Origin: Balanoglossus misakiensis
Lineage: Eukaryota; Animalia; Hemichordata
DNA length: 64,000 nucleotides
Assembly (NCBI GenBank): GCA_040954595.2
Contig: CM082577.2
Location: 13,771,903-13,835,902 of the forward strand
Direction of reading: 5' to 3'
Shown here in pieces: positions 51,443-64,000 of the stretch. The notes under the pieces were generated by a model. It was not told the DNA's origin, searched no databases, and saw only the letters and a program-made list of their open reading frames with translations. The translations under genes were made by a program, and so were the position numbers. Every line of letters begins with the position of its first letter. The stretch's first letter is position 1.

Positions 51443-51502
<60 letters not shown>

Positions 51503-52489
51503 AACAATTACACATATTATCCAAACATCGGGCGGTGCCGTTCAAGCACCACACCCAAAACTAATTACTAGTATATTATAATTAATTTATTGATTTAAAA
51601 TTGAACAAAATGCGACCTATCATACAAAGTAATAGCAGCTCAATTCACTGCACGTCTAGTAAAGGCTACATCTTAATTAATTTTACTTAAAACTGAAATG
51701 TTTATGTAAAGCGAAACCCAAATTTGAGAGCATGTTTGAGAGCATGATTTCAGAAAAGTCGATCAACTGTGTTTTGGGTACCCCATGACAACAGTCCAGA
51801 TGATACCCTTTATGAAAACATTTGAGAGTTTTTCGCCCTTATAACTATCTAACATTTAAAAAAAGGACAGGTCAGGTGCATGGCTACTCATTGGACCTGA
51901 CCACAGTGCCACGTTTGAAAAGTGCTGGAGTAGTCAGTGGTTCTCTAGATCTATCGTGACAAAGAATAAGTATGAAGAGGAAGGCGATCAACTCGAGCAA
52001 TACAAATATAAAAAAGAGGGGGTGGGGGGGTGGGAATCATCACCATGCAATAATCAGACCAAAGTGACATTAAATTGTGTGCAACTCCGTGGCCTGACAA
52101 AAATAAAACTATCAGTTTTATGGGGGGCCTAGCGATCATTTATAGCACAGGCTCAGTGGTCATTACTGCAGTAATGAGGCGACATTGCGATATGAAAATA
52201 AGGCTGGATCACACCGTGTCTCCATATGATCACTGATTCTCGTAATATTGCATTAGCCCTTTGAGGATGCCGCAGATCGACTTGTATAGTGATAGTATAC
52301 ACAGCTGTGAGATTGAAATAATGCCGACTCATATACTTTCGCGGAATTTGACCCTGTGTCACCTGTGGGGATATAATCGCGTCAGTGACACAGTCACCAT
52401 CGAATTCTTGTGAACTCGACATTCTACCATATGGAGTGTTGAAGAATTGTGTACACACATCTTAGCACATTTCCTTGCTGATCTTTTCA

Positions 52490-53470
52490 GCAATTCGCTC
52501 ACAGCTGGCATCGTGCCGAGTCAATTTCAAGTCAGCGATAATTCGTCCATTGTTAAAAGAAAGTTGATCTGGATCAGAATATTCTGAAGAACTACAGACC
52601 AGTTTCAAACTTTCCTTTCTTGTCAAAAGTTCGCGAGCGTGTTGTCGTTCAGCAATTAAACGTAACAACCACCTCACTACATTTAGTCTTTTTCACAAAG
52701 TTCCAAAGTGCTTACCGCGATATAAACTGCTCTCCTTCGTGTCCACAGCGACACCATGCTTTCCTTGAATAACAAACATGATGTGATTCTCATCATGTTA
52801 GATTTATCAGCGGCGTTTGACACTATCGATCATGAAATAATGCTACAGAGACTACATCATCGTTTTGGAATAACTGGTAACACTTTATCGTGGTTTCGTT
52901 CGTACCTCGTTAATCGCCAACAGTGCGTCAAGGTTGGATATGCATCATCCCCTTGGAAGATCTCGCGTGAAATATGGTGTTCCACAAGGATCCGTTCTAG
53001 GACCTCTCATGTTTACACTCTACACTGCACCTCTGGAAGACATCTTCGGAAAACACGGGATTGATTGCATGATATACGCGGATGATACGCAAATTTATGC
53101 CATCTGCTACAGTCCTAACGATGTTCGCAATAACATCGAGCTCTGCGTCGATGATACCCGCAGCTGGGTGAAATCTAACATGCTTGTACTGAATGACGAC
53201 AAAACTGAAGTTATTCACTTTTCATCTCGTTTAAAATCTAATGTGACAAAGTCAGACAGCCTGAGAATCGGTCAATGTGACATAATTCCTTCAGTTTCAG
53301 TTAGATTTTAAGACATGATGGTAGCATGTCTGATCATATCAATATGCTACATGCAAAAATGGTTTCTTCTCTCTGCATAGAATAGCCAAGATCCGTAAAC
53401 AACTTGACAGATCTACAACTGAAAAACAAGTTCATGCATTTGTAACGTCTCACTTAGACTACTGTAATAG
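52490..53470 (+). mobile_element. L2/CR1-type LINE reverse transcriptase fragment (frameshifted)
   Basis: LDLSAAFDTIDH, GVPQGSVLGPLMFTLY, YADDTQIY, LNDDKTEVI, VHAFVTSHLDYCNS. Confidence 0.9.
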
Positions 53471-56318
53471 TTCGTCAAAATTGAAAGTATTGTTATTTCT
53501 TTTGTTGATTTTTGGATTATCCGGTGTATAATGTATTATGAAAATCCGTAATAAAATATAGGGGTCATCGCGCTTGTTTTTGAAATACGGAGTCGTGAAT
53601 TTAGTCGGTAATAGAAGAAAACTGCTGACTCAGCATTTTTGCACCAATGGTTTGTTGGGCAAATATTTTAACGAAATTTATCTCACAGTACAGCGCAATG
53701 ACCACACGATTTTATTTGACCAATTGCAATGAACTTATTTTTACTTGAAAAACTTTGATACACTTCCAAAAATTGAGCGCCCCCTTCTTCGTCTCCACAT
53801 TTTGAAAACCCTCTCACAGCGTTACATCTTGAGATTCCTCCGTAACACCCCCCGGCTAAAAATAATGACGGCTCCCTGACGATCATGTTTTTCTCATTAG
53901 CCGACAATGTGATATCATTGTAAAAAATTATTCCCTTGGGAGCTTTCATTTTTTACAGTAGGTATGGGTCGGGATTTTTAAAGAAATGGCAATGCTTCCA
54001 ATTTTACCCATCGTGATGATCGCAACTACAGATTGCTAGAATGTGGTTCCCCCCCCCCCCCGAGCTGTCGGTCGGTCATTATGACGTACGCGCACTACGA
54101 GCGCGTGGAATTTGTCTCTCTCATTTCTTCGATATCAAATGACGTCAGACGCGCCCAGGCGCAGTTATGTTGGCATTCAAATTTCCAGATGACGGGCAAC
54201 TTCAGCAACTTGGTGCAGACGAAACGCCATGCCTGTTACTTGTAATGTGTCTGGCGGTTCTAAAGTAATAACATACTCGGAAAAACTTTTACTAATGAGG
54301 GAAGGCATTAGTTTCAAATTCTTCAAGTTTCATGGGCTCGCTGTTTTTTTTTTTTTTTTTTTTGGGGGGGGGGGGGGTTCAAGATCTTTGTAATTCAGAA
54401 AGGGGCATTTGAAAATATTTCGGCTTGTGTACGGGGGGGGGGGTGGTTGAAAGAAAACGGTAAAAAATTGTAATTCTCCCGCCCCTAGTGGTGTTTGTGA
54501 ATGCAGCCGAGGTAGAGGCCAACTGTTGATGGAATATTTAGTGGGTTCACATCTAGGCCCATGGCCGAGCAAAACTAATCCTGATGATTGTATTGCTGAA
54601 CAGATGGACGAGGGCTGATAAACAACTTATCTGATACGATACACATCTCTGACAATGGATCTAATTGAAGTCCTTCTAAAGACCTTAAAAACATCTTGAC
54701 TGTTTCTACTCATAGACACTAGAGATGTAGTAATATAAGTGGACCTCGTCCATATGGCGATGGAGCTTACTACATTGCCGTACCGTTGACTTCAGGCGCA
54801 CGCGTCCGTCACAGTCTGGCAGAAACCCTGCGATTCGCGTTCATCCGCTTATCACACCTGGGACACGCGCGTGTCCTCCAGAAGCGCGTGGCGAATCTGT
54901 GTCTGGCAGCGCGTCCTCCCAGCCTTCGAATGCAGGCCCAGCGCGCAGACGCGGGGCGCACAACAAGCGAATGTCTTCGCTGAACACTGCGTCTCATTTG
55001 ACTTGGCAAAAAGACGCGTCACGAAGATAGACGCAGATAAAGGCCGACCGCCATTTTGTAATGTGTTAGTTTTTTGACACTCCGGAAGTGGGCTAATGCG
55101 CATGTCTGTTGTAAAACTTACGTACATTTGTGTCAGTAGTTGTATTGATTTTAGCTTCACTTCCATCATAAACTGTTGGTTTTTTAAAAATATGTATATT
55201 CGGGAAGAGTAAAAATGAATGTCAAGAAACGCGACAGATTGAATGTAGCCCGGAAGTTATAGAACGTTCATTTATTAGCCAATCAGATTCCACAATTCTA
55301 AATATGGCGGTTTGTGTTTACCTGCCTCTTTGGTGTTTGTCACCGAGGCAGGGTACCAGCCAAGCGAATGTCTAGGTTCGTCATTCACGGCGGAGGCGCG
55401 GCCCAAGAGCATGAAGAGACGAAACGTCTGCTTCGGACCAAGTTTCGGCGATGTAGAGATGTAGTAATATGAGTGGACCTCGTCCACAAAGGGCCATGTT
55501 TTGTGAATGACCATATATGTAATATTCACTAAACATTTTCTAAGCGTGGTGTAAAGCACCATGGGTAAATGAGATCTCATTGTCACGAACACCCCAGTGA
55601 CACATAACACACAAACATACATCGCTCTAAAAATTCTGTTTTATTTTGCAGAAAATGTTATCAGGACGGCTCCCTTTCGATCATGTTTTTCTCATTAGCC
55701 GACAAAGTTCATTGTGGTTGCTCTTTATAATATCAACCACCCATATGATATCATTGTAAAGAAATGATTCCCCAGGGAGCTTTCATTCTTTACGCGAGGC
55801 TTAGATCAGGAATTTAAAGAAATGACAATACTTTCAATTTCACCTACCGTGATGATCCTAACTACAGATGTGGTCTTTCCCTCATTTAAATAAAACGAGG
55901 GTATGTACTAAGGGAGCATTTGAAATGGTTTGGGGATTGAATGGGGGGATGGGGTGAAATGAAACCTCTTGTCACTGATTGAGAAAAAATAATGTGTGAA
56001 CTGAGAAAGCTACTGTGTGTGGACATCGACATCAGCCCAAGTTCCCTTCTACATTCTACTAGTATTACGCTCTGCATGGTGCCAGCAGTACATGTACTTG
56101 TACTGTTGTAGCGAACGTCCATACTTTTTTATATACACACACACGGCTAACACACACACACGCACACACGCGATGGGCGCAGTGACCTGCGCATGATACA
56201 TGTATTTGCATATAGCAATATTACTGCACCTGTTGTACAACACCTATTAATATGGTTAATTTGAATAAAGCTAGTCACTCAGTATTCAGCCATCCTGGTG
56301 TCACCGTCTCTTTTCATG

Positions 56319-56568
<250 letters not shown>

Positions 56569-58874
56569 GCTAAGGTGGTGCGTGTCACGCGCAAAGCACC
56601 ATGGGAGTTCCAACATGAGTAAGCGTTCATTTGACTTCCGGCTGGCCGCGAGTACACACGTTAGCAGTGTCTGGACGATCACTTTCTTTGAACCTTTTAC
56701 GTAGGATATTTTCGATTTTTGTGACACCGGACATTTAGTTGTGCACAGATTGGTACCAAGTTTGTTCTCTGTGATATTTTCGGCTCGCTTGACGATTTTA
56801 ACCGTCTATTCAGATCGATGTACTGGCCGCGGGGCTATGCGCATACGTCGACGGGGCGAAGCTGCATGATGGCCGCCGAGCGTGAAAAGCTTTATCGTAG
56901 GCCAACATACCGTTGCAGCTTTTCTATTCGTTCTATTACAACTCAGTTTTCTTCTCAAATATGTACAGTAATTTTTTAAACCCAACTCAAAACCGCAAAT
57001 AAACGAAAACCAGAAGACTTCTTTTTATTTTACGCACAATGAGTACAAGAAACCTACATGTACATGCATGTTTGTAAATATGTGGTTAGTTACGCAAGTC
57101 AAACGGCGCGCGTCCTTAACTACCACATAAAAAATCGTATGTAAGTGCTTGAAAGAAAATTTTACTGCCACTGGAATGGTACCGAAGTGAGCGTAATGTC
57201 GTTGGTCTTTTTCATGAACGTGTTGACTGTAATAGGGTTATTCTAAAATTTAGTATTACAGTAAGTTGCGATCACCACGGCCTTCACATACTGATAGGGA
57301 ATGTGTTAAGCGCCTATGAGATAGTACAGTTTCTAAATACGGTGAAATCGATAAAATAAAAGGTGCACTTTGGGGCTCCCATGCAATTTCACACACATTA
57401 CATATTAGTCTTTCAAAATATACACATAACAAAGCTGTGCGCTCGCTGTTTAGTCTGCCTGCTAACTTCAAACTACGTCGCCCGAGTACGATCGTTGGCA
57501 ACAGTACGCCATGATGCCAGCTGACATACGGAGTGAAAAAACACCAAAAAATCGCAACTCGGAACAAAATCGATAGTAATTTCTTCACAGAACGATGCTA
57601 ACATACATGAACTTATAAAAATTCGATTGGTTTTTCGTTCGAACGGAGTTTCCTCTACATAAACCTACGAGAACATAAGTCGATTGCGCACAGAAAGCTA
57701 CACGCGTGACACACATAGGTCGACCATGTTTTGCTGATTAAGAGCTGGTTAAACCGGAAGTGACGTCGTGACCCTCACCACCTTTCATTTGCCATTCTGA
57801 ACATTACAGAAGGCAATTATATCCTTTCCTTATTTGGGCAATTTATTGACTTACCCCCCCCCCCCCGCGCCACCCCAACCCCGAGGAGGGGAGGGTGCTT
57901 TTAAAATTTAACAATTCGGGAGGGGTGCATTTGAACATATTTCGGGTTGTGTACGGAGGCATTTGAAAGAAAACGGCTGATAAAATACCCCCCCCCCTCC
58001 AGAGGTGTTTGTGAATGCAGCCTAGAAGTCAATTGTTGATGGACTTTTAATGAACAGATGGACGAGGGTTGATAATTAGCTTATCTTATAGAATACTGAA
58101 GAAACACATATATGACAAAGGAGATAATTGAAGTCCTACAAATTAAAGTCTTTTTCAAAGGAGATAATTGCAGTCCTCCAAAATGAAAAAAAAAATAAAA
58201 AAACTTGAATTGACTGTTTCTACTCATAGACACTAGACATGCTGTATTGTGAGTGGACGTCGTGAAGTTTGTGATAAACATTTCAAATGTGTATGTGCTC
58301 TGAAATGTCACGACCTTATTCTTGAAAATCCGAGGCCAAATGTTTGTAAAGTAGGAAGCGTTTTACACAACATGTCATATGAGAGTTAACACACGAAAGA
58401 GGGGCCGTGTGTCTGCAATTGTTCAAATTGTTAACGTTTGTATAGAAATGTGTTAATATGAGACAACTTATAGTTCTGGTGTTGCAAGGGCCGTTATTAA
58501 CCTTTTTCGGATCATTACATGTTTTGGAGTTCAGAGTGATGCACAGCTCCAGTAAACGTGCGATTTCTGAAGTTATATGTAACACACTGAAATAGTTTTT
58601 TCTACTTGACAATGAATGTCTAAGGAGTAGATTCCTGTGAATTACTCCACGGAACAAACACAAGGCAAGAACATACAGGGGCATTTTTGTACAAAATTGC
58701 GCTTCCCCCGCTTTGGTGACCTTTAGTTATGCAAATTAGTTCAATGCAACTTCCAGCCGTGGGTTTCAAAATTAATCAATTTAAAGTGGGAAAATTGTGT
58801 TGCACGCCTCAATTTGTATATTGGTTACTTGCCGAGTTTTTTTTTTTTTAATTTCTTTCTTGTAATTGTTATTA

Positions 58875-59036
58875 TATATAATCCCATGATATTTTTCTTA
58901 GTTTGACGTCATCGTATACGAGTGGTTTTCGCGGAGCCGTGCAACTTCGAGCCGTAGGCGAGAAGTTGTACGACTCCGCGAAAACCACGAGTATACGATG
59001 ACGTTAAACAAAGAAAAATATCATGGGATTATATAT
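58875..59036. repeat. ~160-bp hairpin element
   Basis: Arms ataatcccatgatatttttc...gtggttttcgcggag / ctccgcgaaaaccac...gaaaaatatcatgggattat with central cgagccgtaggcgag. Confidence 0.85.
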
Positions 59037-60557
59037 TTATAACATGAACAGTCTTCTTATTTTCGTTAGAAGAGGTAGGATAAAATATTCTAATATCTTG
59101 CTAAAATATTCGAGCGGCCTTGCAGTTTATTTAGCGGGATTACGTTCTTTCCCCTGCGCAACGATCTGTGGCCCCCATGAGATATGCTAATTATGGAATC
59201 CCTTTCATTCATAAAGTGAAATCGACTTTCAAGTTTATACACTTTTGCGTCTTGTCTACCAATCAGATTCGCGGAGTCAGTCACATGGGCCAGAATTTTG
59301 ATACATTCTGCCTGTCAATCATCGTCTCGCGCTGTGTACATGTCAACACAACGTCCTAGCAAGTCATCGCGTCGAGTTAATTCGCCCGCAAAGTTATGCT
59401 GCGAGTCGCAGTTTGACAGAAAAAATGACGCGCTTCATGTAAAACTTTATGAAAAAATAACACAGTTCCATTGCCATATATCCTAAAACCGTTATTGTGA
59501 CAGGATATTAAAAATATTAGTCCAGGAACGATGTTCCAGGTTGCGTTTGCGTCGGCCTGGCTAGTCAGCGCCGTTGTGTTTCCGCAGAAACTACAACCCT
59601 CGTACAGAATCTCATCCTCGAACCCCACACAAATGTTTTCGATTCTCAAACAAATGAACTGCGACGTTTTTCCACGTCATATACATTTCGTTGACCGGTG
59701 GACAGAATACAGAGTGTTAGTCGTCCCGCTCAGGTGGCTCGAAATCATTCTCGTAACTTCCGTAAGCCTAAAATCAAGTGTGCTGGCTCGCTCGGGATCG
59801 ACTAGGCTCGCTAGGGGATAGCTGCAAGCACACATTCACGATCGTAGCGTCGACGTTTCAAATTCTACCTTTCTCGTATTGCTTTTACCAAGCGATATTC
59901 TTTCGCAACCGTCATGGAACCGTCATTTTTATTTCAATCGTGTACAACTACGGGTTTATGCACTTGTTATTCCGTTTTACAAGGATTCGAAGTTATAGCG
60001 ACGGGCGAATCAGCGAAAATAGTTCCGGTTGATGACTTAGAACAGGGGAAAATTCGGATTTTTTGTTCGACCTGTTCTACGTCACACTGGTGGCTATACG
60101 GGCCAGTTCGTGTGATAATAGGCTATATAGAGCGAGACATTCTCATCTGGCTTGTGTAAACATGTTTTGTGTAAAATAATACCCATTCGCATTTAATAAT
60201 CGCGATATTGCGTCATATTGGTTGGAGTAAGGAAACAACAAACCGCCGCACTGCAAACCTCATGGTTTCACGCGATAAGGAACGAGAGTAATAGATTCAC
60301 GAACAACAGGTGGTTGGGTCGGCCCTACTATACCCCCCCCCCCCTCCCACCGTGTAGTTTTACGAGGGCAGTGGGCAGTCGACGTCGACAGCCCTTGGTG
60401 GCGCTATATGAATACAACCTTGTTATCAGTGTATTATAGTATAATGAAGACATTGCAAGCCCTTAATCTAAAGGCATTAATATGGTCATATAATCTGCAT
60501 ATCAAATGTTATTGGCAATTACACTGTTGATGTTGAATCCAACACCACTGTTACATA

Positions 60558-60770
60558 CTGTAAAACGGGTTATTATCGCGACAGGGAATTTTCGCGATAT
60601 CAAAAGAGATAACTGTTACGCGAGGAATAATTTTCGCGTTCTCGTATTTCACTGCATAGTTTAATCTCCGAAAACATTTTACGCGAATTTTCATTTTCAC
60701 GTTTTTTTTTTTTTTGGCTCTCGCGTATTTCGTGAAAATTTATTGCTCGCGAAAATAACCCGTTTTACTG
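60558..60770. mobile_element. Tc1/mariner(pogo)-type MITE, TA TSD
   Basis: TA|CTGTAAAACGGGTTATT...AATAACCCGTTTTACTG|TA. Confidence 0.75.
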
Positions 60771-60929
60771 TAGACTGTTAATTAACTCATCAATGTAAAT
60801 ATTGAACAAACAGGGTGACAGGACGCCACTTTGTCAATTACAATGGGAACTAGAATGAACCCAGCTAGTGTAACGTGGGGGTAAATAACCATCCATACGC
60901 ATTGCAGTTATACAATGTGACAATATTAA

Positions 60930-61186
60930 AGTGAAGGGGTCGTCGCGCCGCGTTTTTGTTTTTGTTTTTGTTTTTTTTGTTTATAACATTACAGTTCATC
61001 CATTAATCCCTCAAATAAGATAATTCTTAGAATGAACGAAGCAGCCAACTGTAGCGTAGACTGGGCGTGATAGCAATCCTAATAGGTCGCGGCGACTGCA
61101 GTGGGGTTTTCACTGGTATAGGAGGACATGCATATTCTCGTCAAAGGCCCCCGGGGACACCCACGCGGCGCGACGACCCCTTCACT
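60930..61186. mobile_element. Kolobok-type MITE (TTAA TSD)
   Basis: TIRs AGTGAAGGGGTCGTCGCGCCGCGT...ACGCGGCGCGACGACCCCTTCACT. Confidence 0.82.
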
Positions 61187-61281
61187 TTAACGTGTGCATA
61201 CTTTGGATGTTCGGATTTGATGTGCCGCGCCTGTACATCTTCGTTGCGATATATAGTTTTTCCCGTGTTGTTATAAAGACA

Positions 61282-61773
61282 GTGCGACTCTGTCAAGTTC
61301 ATACACAGGGGAATGCAGACATGAAAGTTATAAATGGCGAAGTACGTTCCGTTCTGCGTTTTCCCAACCTGTCTTATCATTTGCTAATCCAGAATAAAAG
61401 CTATCCATTTCCCATTAATCACCTGCTAACGACTTAATTTGTGTGCCCCATCCACGGATTAAGTTGATAAAGTAAACATCGGTCAGCGAGTACTGGGTAT
61501 ATTACCGAGTGAGAACTGACCGAGGTTTACTTAATCCACTAAATCCGTGGATGGGGCACACAGATTAAGTCGTTAGCAGGTGCTTAATGGGAAATGTGAT
61601 AGCTTTCATTCTGGATTAGCAACTGATAAGACAGGTGGAGGTAACACAGAAAAATAAACAAGCACAAAGACTGTTCATCAAGTACTGTTTATTGGGGGAA
61701 AATGCAGAAACTACGCCATTTATAACTTTCATGTTTGCAGCCCCCTGTGGTTCATATAGGCCTAAGTCGCACA
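61282..61773. repeat. ~490-bp imperfect foldback element
   Basis: Arms catgaaagttataaatggcg...cacctgctaacgacttaat...gccccatccacggatt are mirrored after ~61500. Confidence 0.8.
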
Positions 61774-62125
61774 GAACATCAACTGCCACTATTGACTTGT
61801 GTCGACCACAATTGAATTGCGGCCAACATAATACTTTTATGAATATATCTAAGGCGAATGAATAAATGTTATATAACGCAACACTTTTGGGATGGAATGC
61901 CTGAGCCGACGATGGGCCGAGCGCGGAACTAGCAAATTTCCTATGGAACAGCGCCCTCTTGAGAAAGAGAGTGGATACTCTCGTGGAACACAATGCGAGG
62001 GCGTGGTTTTAAACAATCGGGAATTGTTCGTTCGTATCGTTGTTACAAATCATATTCGTGCAAAGGCACGAAGAGGGTGTGATGTAATTTTTGGACTAAA
62101 TTTCAATGAGAATAACTCGATACTG

Positions 62126-64000
62126 ATGGAGAAGGACCAAAGCGGTAAGTGAGCAGAAGTGGTGATCTGATAAAAAAATTCAAACAACTTCAAACAACAC
62201 ATTTTCATATCGCGGTGTTTCCGTATTATTCGGTTATGTAATGATTGTGAAGGAGATTGCTATAAAGCAAAAAATTCCGACAGAAATCATTAATTCGTTC
62301 AGTGTACAGTACTAAAACTCTTGTATAATACTTCATGAAAGATCCATGTTCATTTTATCTCAGTAATTATATTCGTTACGTTAGGTATAATACATGTAGA
62401 AGGCAAATCTGAATTTCAACCTTTACCAATACCATATTATTTTCTTTCAAGTGGAGATAACAGTTTTGGGTATGGGGTTTGCCTAAATCAGGTTTGGCTA
62501 CCCGAAAAGTAAAATTGTCCCTATCACCCACCCACCCCGCACTGATCAAAACATGCATTGGTTAACAAAAGCATCATGTGTGTACTGAGGCCTGTGTGCA
62601 TTATGGGTTTACCAGTTCTATTTATTTTTTCGTTCATCTGTGTACATGTGCGAGCATTTTCAACATTTCAAAGTTTGATTTCTTTTTTTATTTATTTCAG
62701 GGTTCGTTATAATCGATGAGCGTGACTCGCTCTTTGAATTGGCCAACTCGATGCAGCATCAGATCCAAGAGTTGAAGAGCGATGTTGAGACTTTGAAAGA
62801 ACATGTCAACAACGTATGCATTCCTGTACTAATAATGATTTCTCCTGCATAACTCAACAATATCTTGAATAGATCACGTCTCCAGCAGCATGGGTATAAA
62901 ATATGAAGGCATAAAAACTTATTTTGACTAAAAAAGAATCCGTACATTCATTATTTTAAAGAAAGTCGAAGTTTAACAATTTTTGTGCGTGTATTTCATC
63001 ACTCTTGTTGTTGTCTCAGTACCAGTCTAACGTTTAATAATAATTTCCGTAGGTCGTTTAAATGCAAGTGAAATAAATGGATTTAGTCTGACAGATACAA
63101 TCATCTTGTTTCAGGCGGAGCAGCGAGAAGTAACACATCAGGTGTTTTGGAAATTGCTGGGGTCATTTGCTCTAGTGGCCATACCATTGGTCGCTACATT
63201 AGCCATACACCGCCTGATCAACACCTGGTCAGTGGACGCACAGATTGACGTAAGTACATATTGTGTCACAGACCCTAGAGTCCGTGATTGTACATAGTGT
63301 AATAACTGACTTGGCAATTTGAATTCGCATTTTTATCAAATTAAAGTCTATGGATTATGACAAATAGGTTCCTTTTGAATTGTAGAATATTAACGGTTTA
63401 GGAAAAATAAGTTTAAACGTCGCATCAAGCGAGTGGGGGGGGGTGCAATTGCTGCGATAATACCGGCGGCAAACATTGAATCTATACACGAAAAAACGCG
63501 ATTTAGAAGAGTTCATCAGAAAAAAAGAATTGTTTGCAAGGATAAACTTTCCCGTCAACTCAAGATTAAGCTTACATGTTTAAATTAAACACATGAACTA
63601 TGATGCGCTATAGTTTCGGTCAGCTGACCAACCCCATTGCTCACAGGTGTAAATTCAAAGTAAAATAAGATTAATATTGCGTAATCATGCAAAGATTCCA
63701 GAGATGACATGGATCACAATGACCCCCACAGCCACACAATCGCTTGCTTGACCAAATATTGCATTAATGTTGGCTGGACAAAAAAAAAATCCGTGTAGCC
63801 CGAAACTTTCCGCAAAGTTGTCCATTGGTACGGGTTGGTTTTTAAACTTACTTTTATGGGATTCCTCTTCCTTATATTGTAGACAATATTCCGAGTTGTG
63901 ATCTCCCTGATGTGCGCCTTCACGATCTGCTTTGGAGTTCCCGGTTACTTGCTCGGCTTCGACGCCAACTTTCTAATCTCGGAAGACGACGACGAGGACG
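62126..64000 (+). CDS. Uncharacterised coiled-coil + two-transmembrane protein (partial, runs off the window)
   Basis: Phase-compatible GT-AG exons 62126-62144 (MEKDQSG; frame open back to 61892), 62701-62813 (FVIIDERDSLFELANSMQHQIQELKSDVETLKEHVNN), 63115-63249 (…FWKLLGSFALVAIPLVATLAIH…), 63883->64000 (TIFRVVISLMCAFTICFGVPGYLLGF…EDDDED). Confidence 0.68.

Noticed and set aside
54760-55330. GC-rich region with YY1/ETS/CCAAT-like motifs as the receptor promoter
   Set aside because: It lies among duplicated and TE-like segments over 4 kb upstream; a TE-internal origin cannot be excluded and there is no TSS evidence.

Overview
Eukaryotic, AT-rich, intron-rich and TE-rich DNA; the repeat and gene types suggest a marine invertebrate, probably a deuterostome (inference only). 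Gene models were built by hand from splice sites and reading phase. (1) A 19-exon, ~1003-aa GABA-B-type class C GPCR on the minus strand (50602-37600) has a two-exon C-type lectin domain inserted in frame near the end of its Venus-flytrap domain. (2) Two tandem-duplicated two-exon genes (25013-25430, 33088-33567) encode small secreted precursors with an identical signal peptide, a hypervariable Arg-rich mature N-terminus followed by RGD, and an acidic tail; they are absent from the ORF track. (3) A minus-strand gene (6471-3009, 5' end uncertain) encodes RKR site + 6-Cys beta-defensin-like module + single GDPH-type VWD domain. (4) A partial plus-strand coiled-coil/2-TM gene runs off the right end. 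Mobile DNA includes a full-length 5.6-kb ISL2EU (PIF/Harbinger-related) transposon with an intact THAP-DDE transposase and a disrupted SWIM-YqaJ gene, nested LINE fragments, many TTAA-flanked Kolobok-type MITEs, elements with 9-10-bp TSDs, Harbinger and mariner MITEs, long hairpin elements and microsatellites. No rRNA, tRNA or CRISPR was seen.
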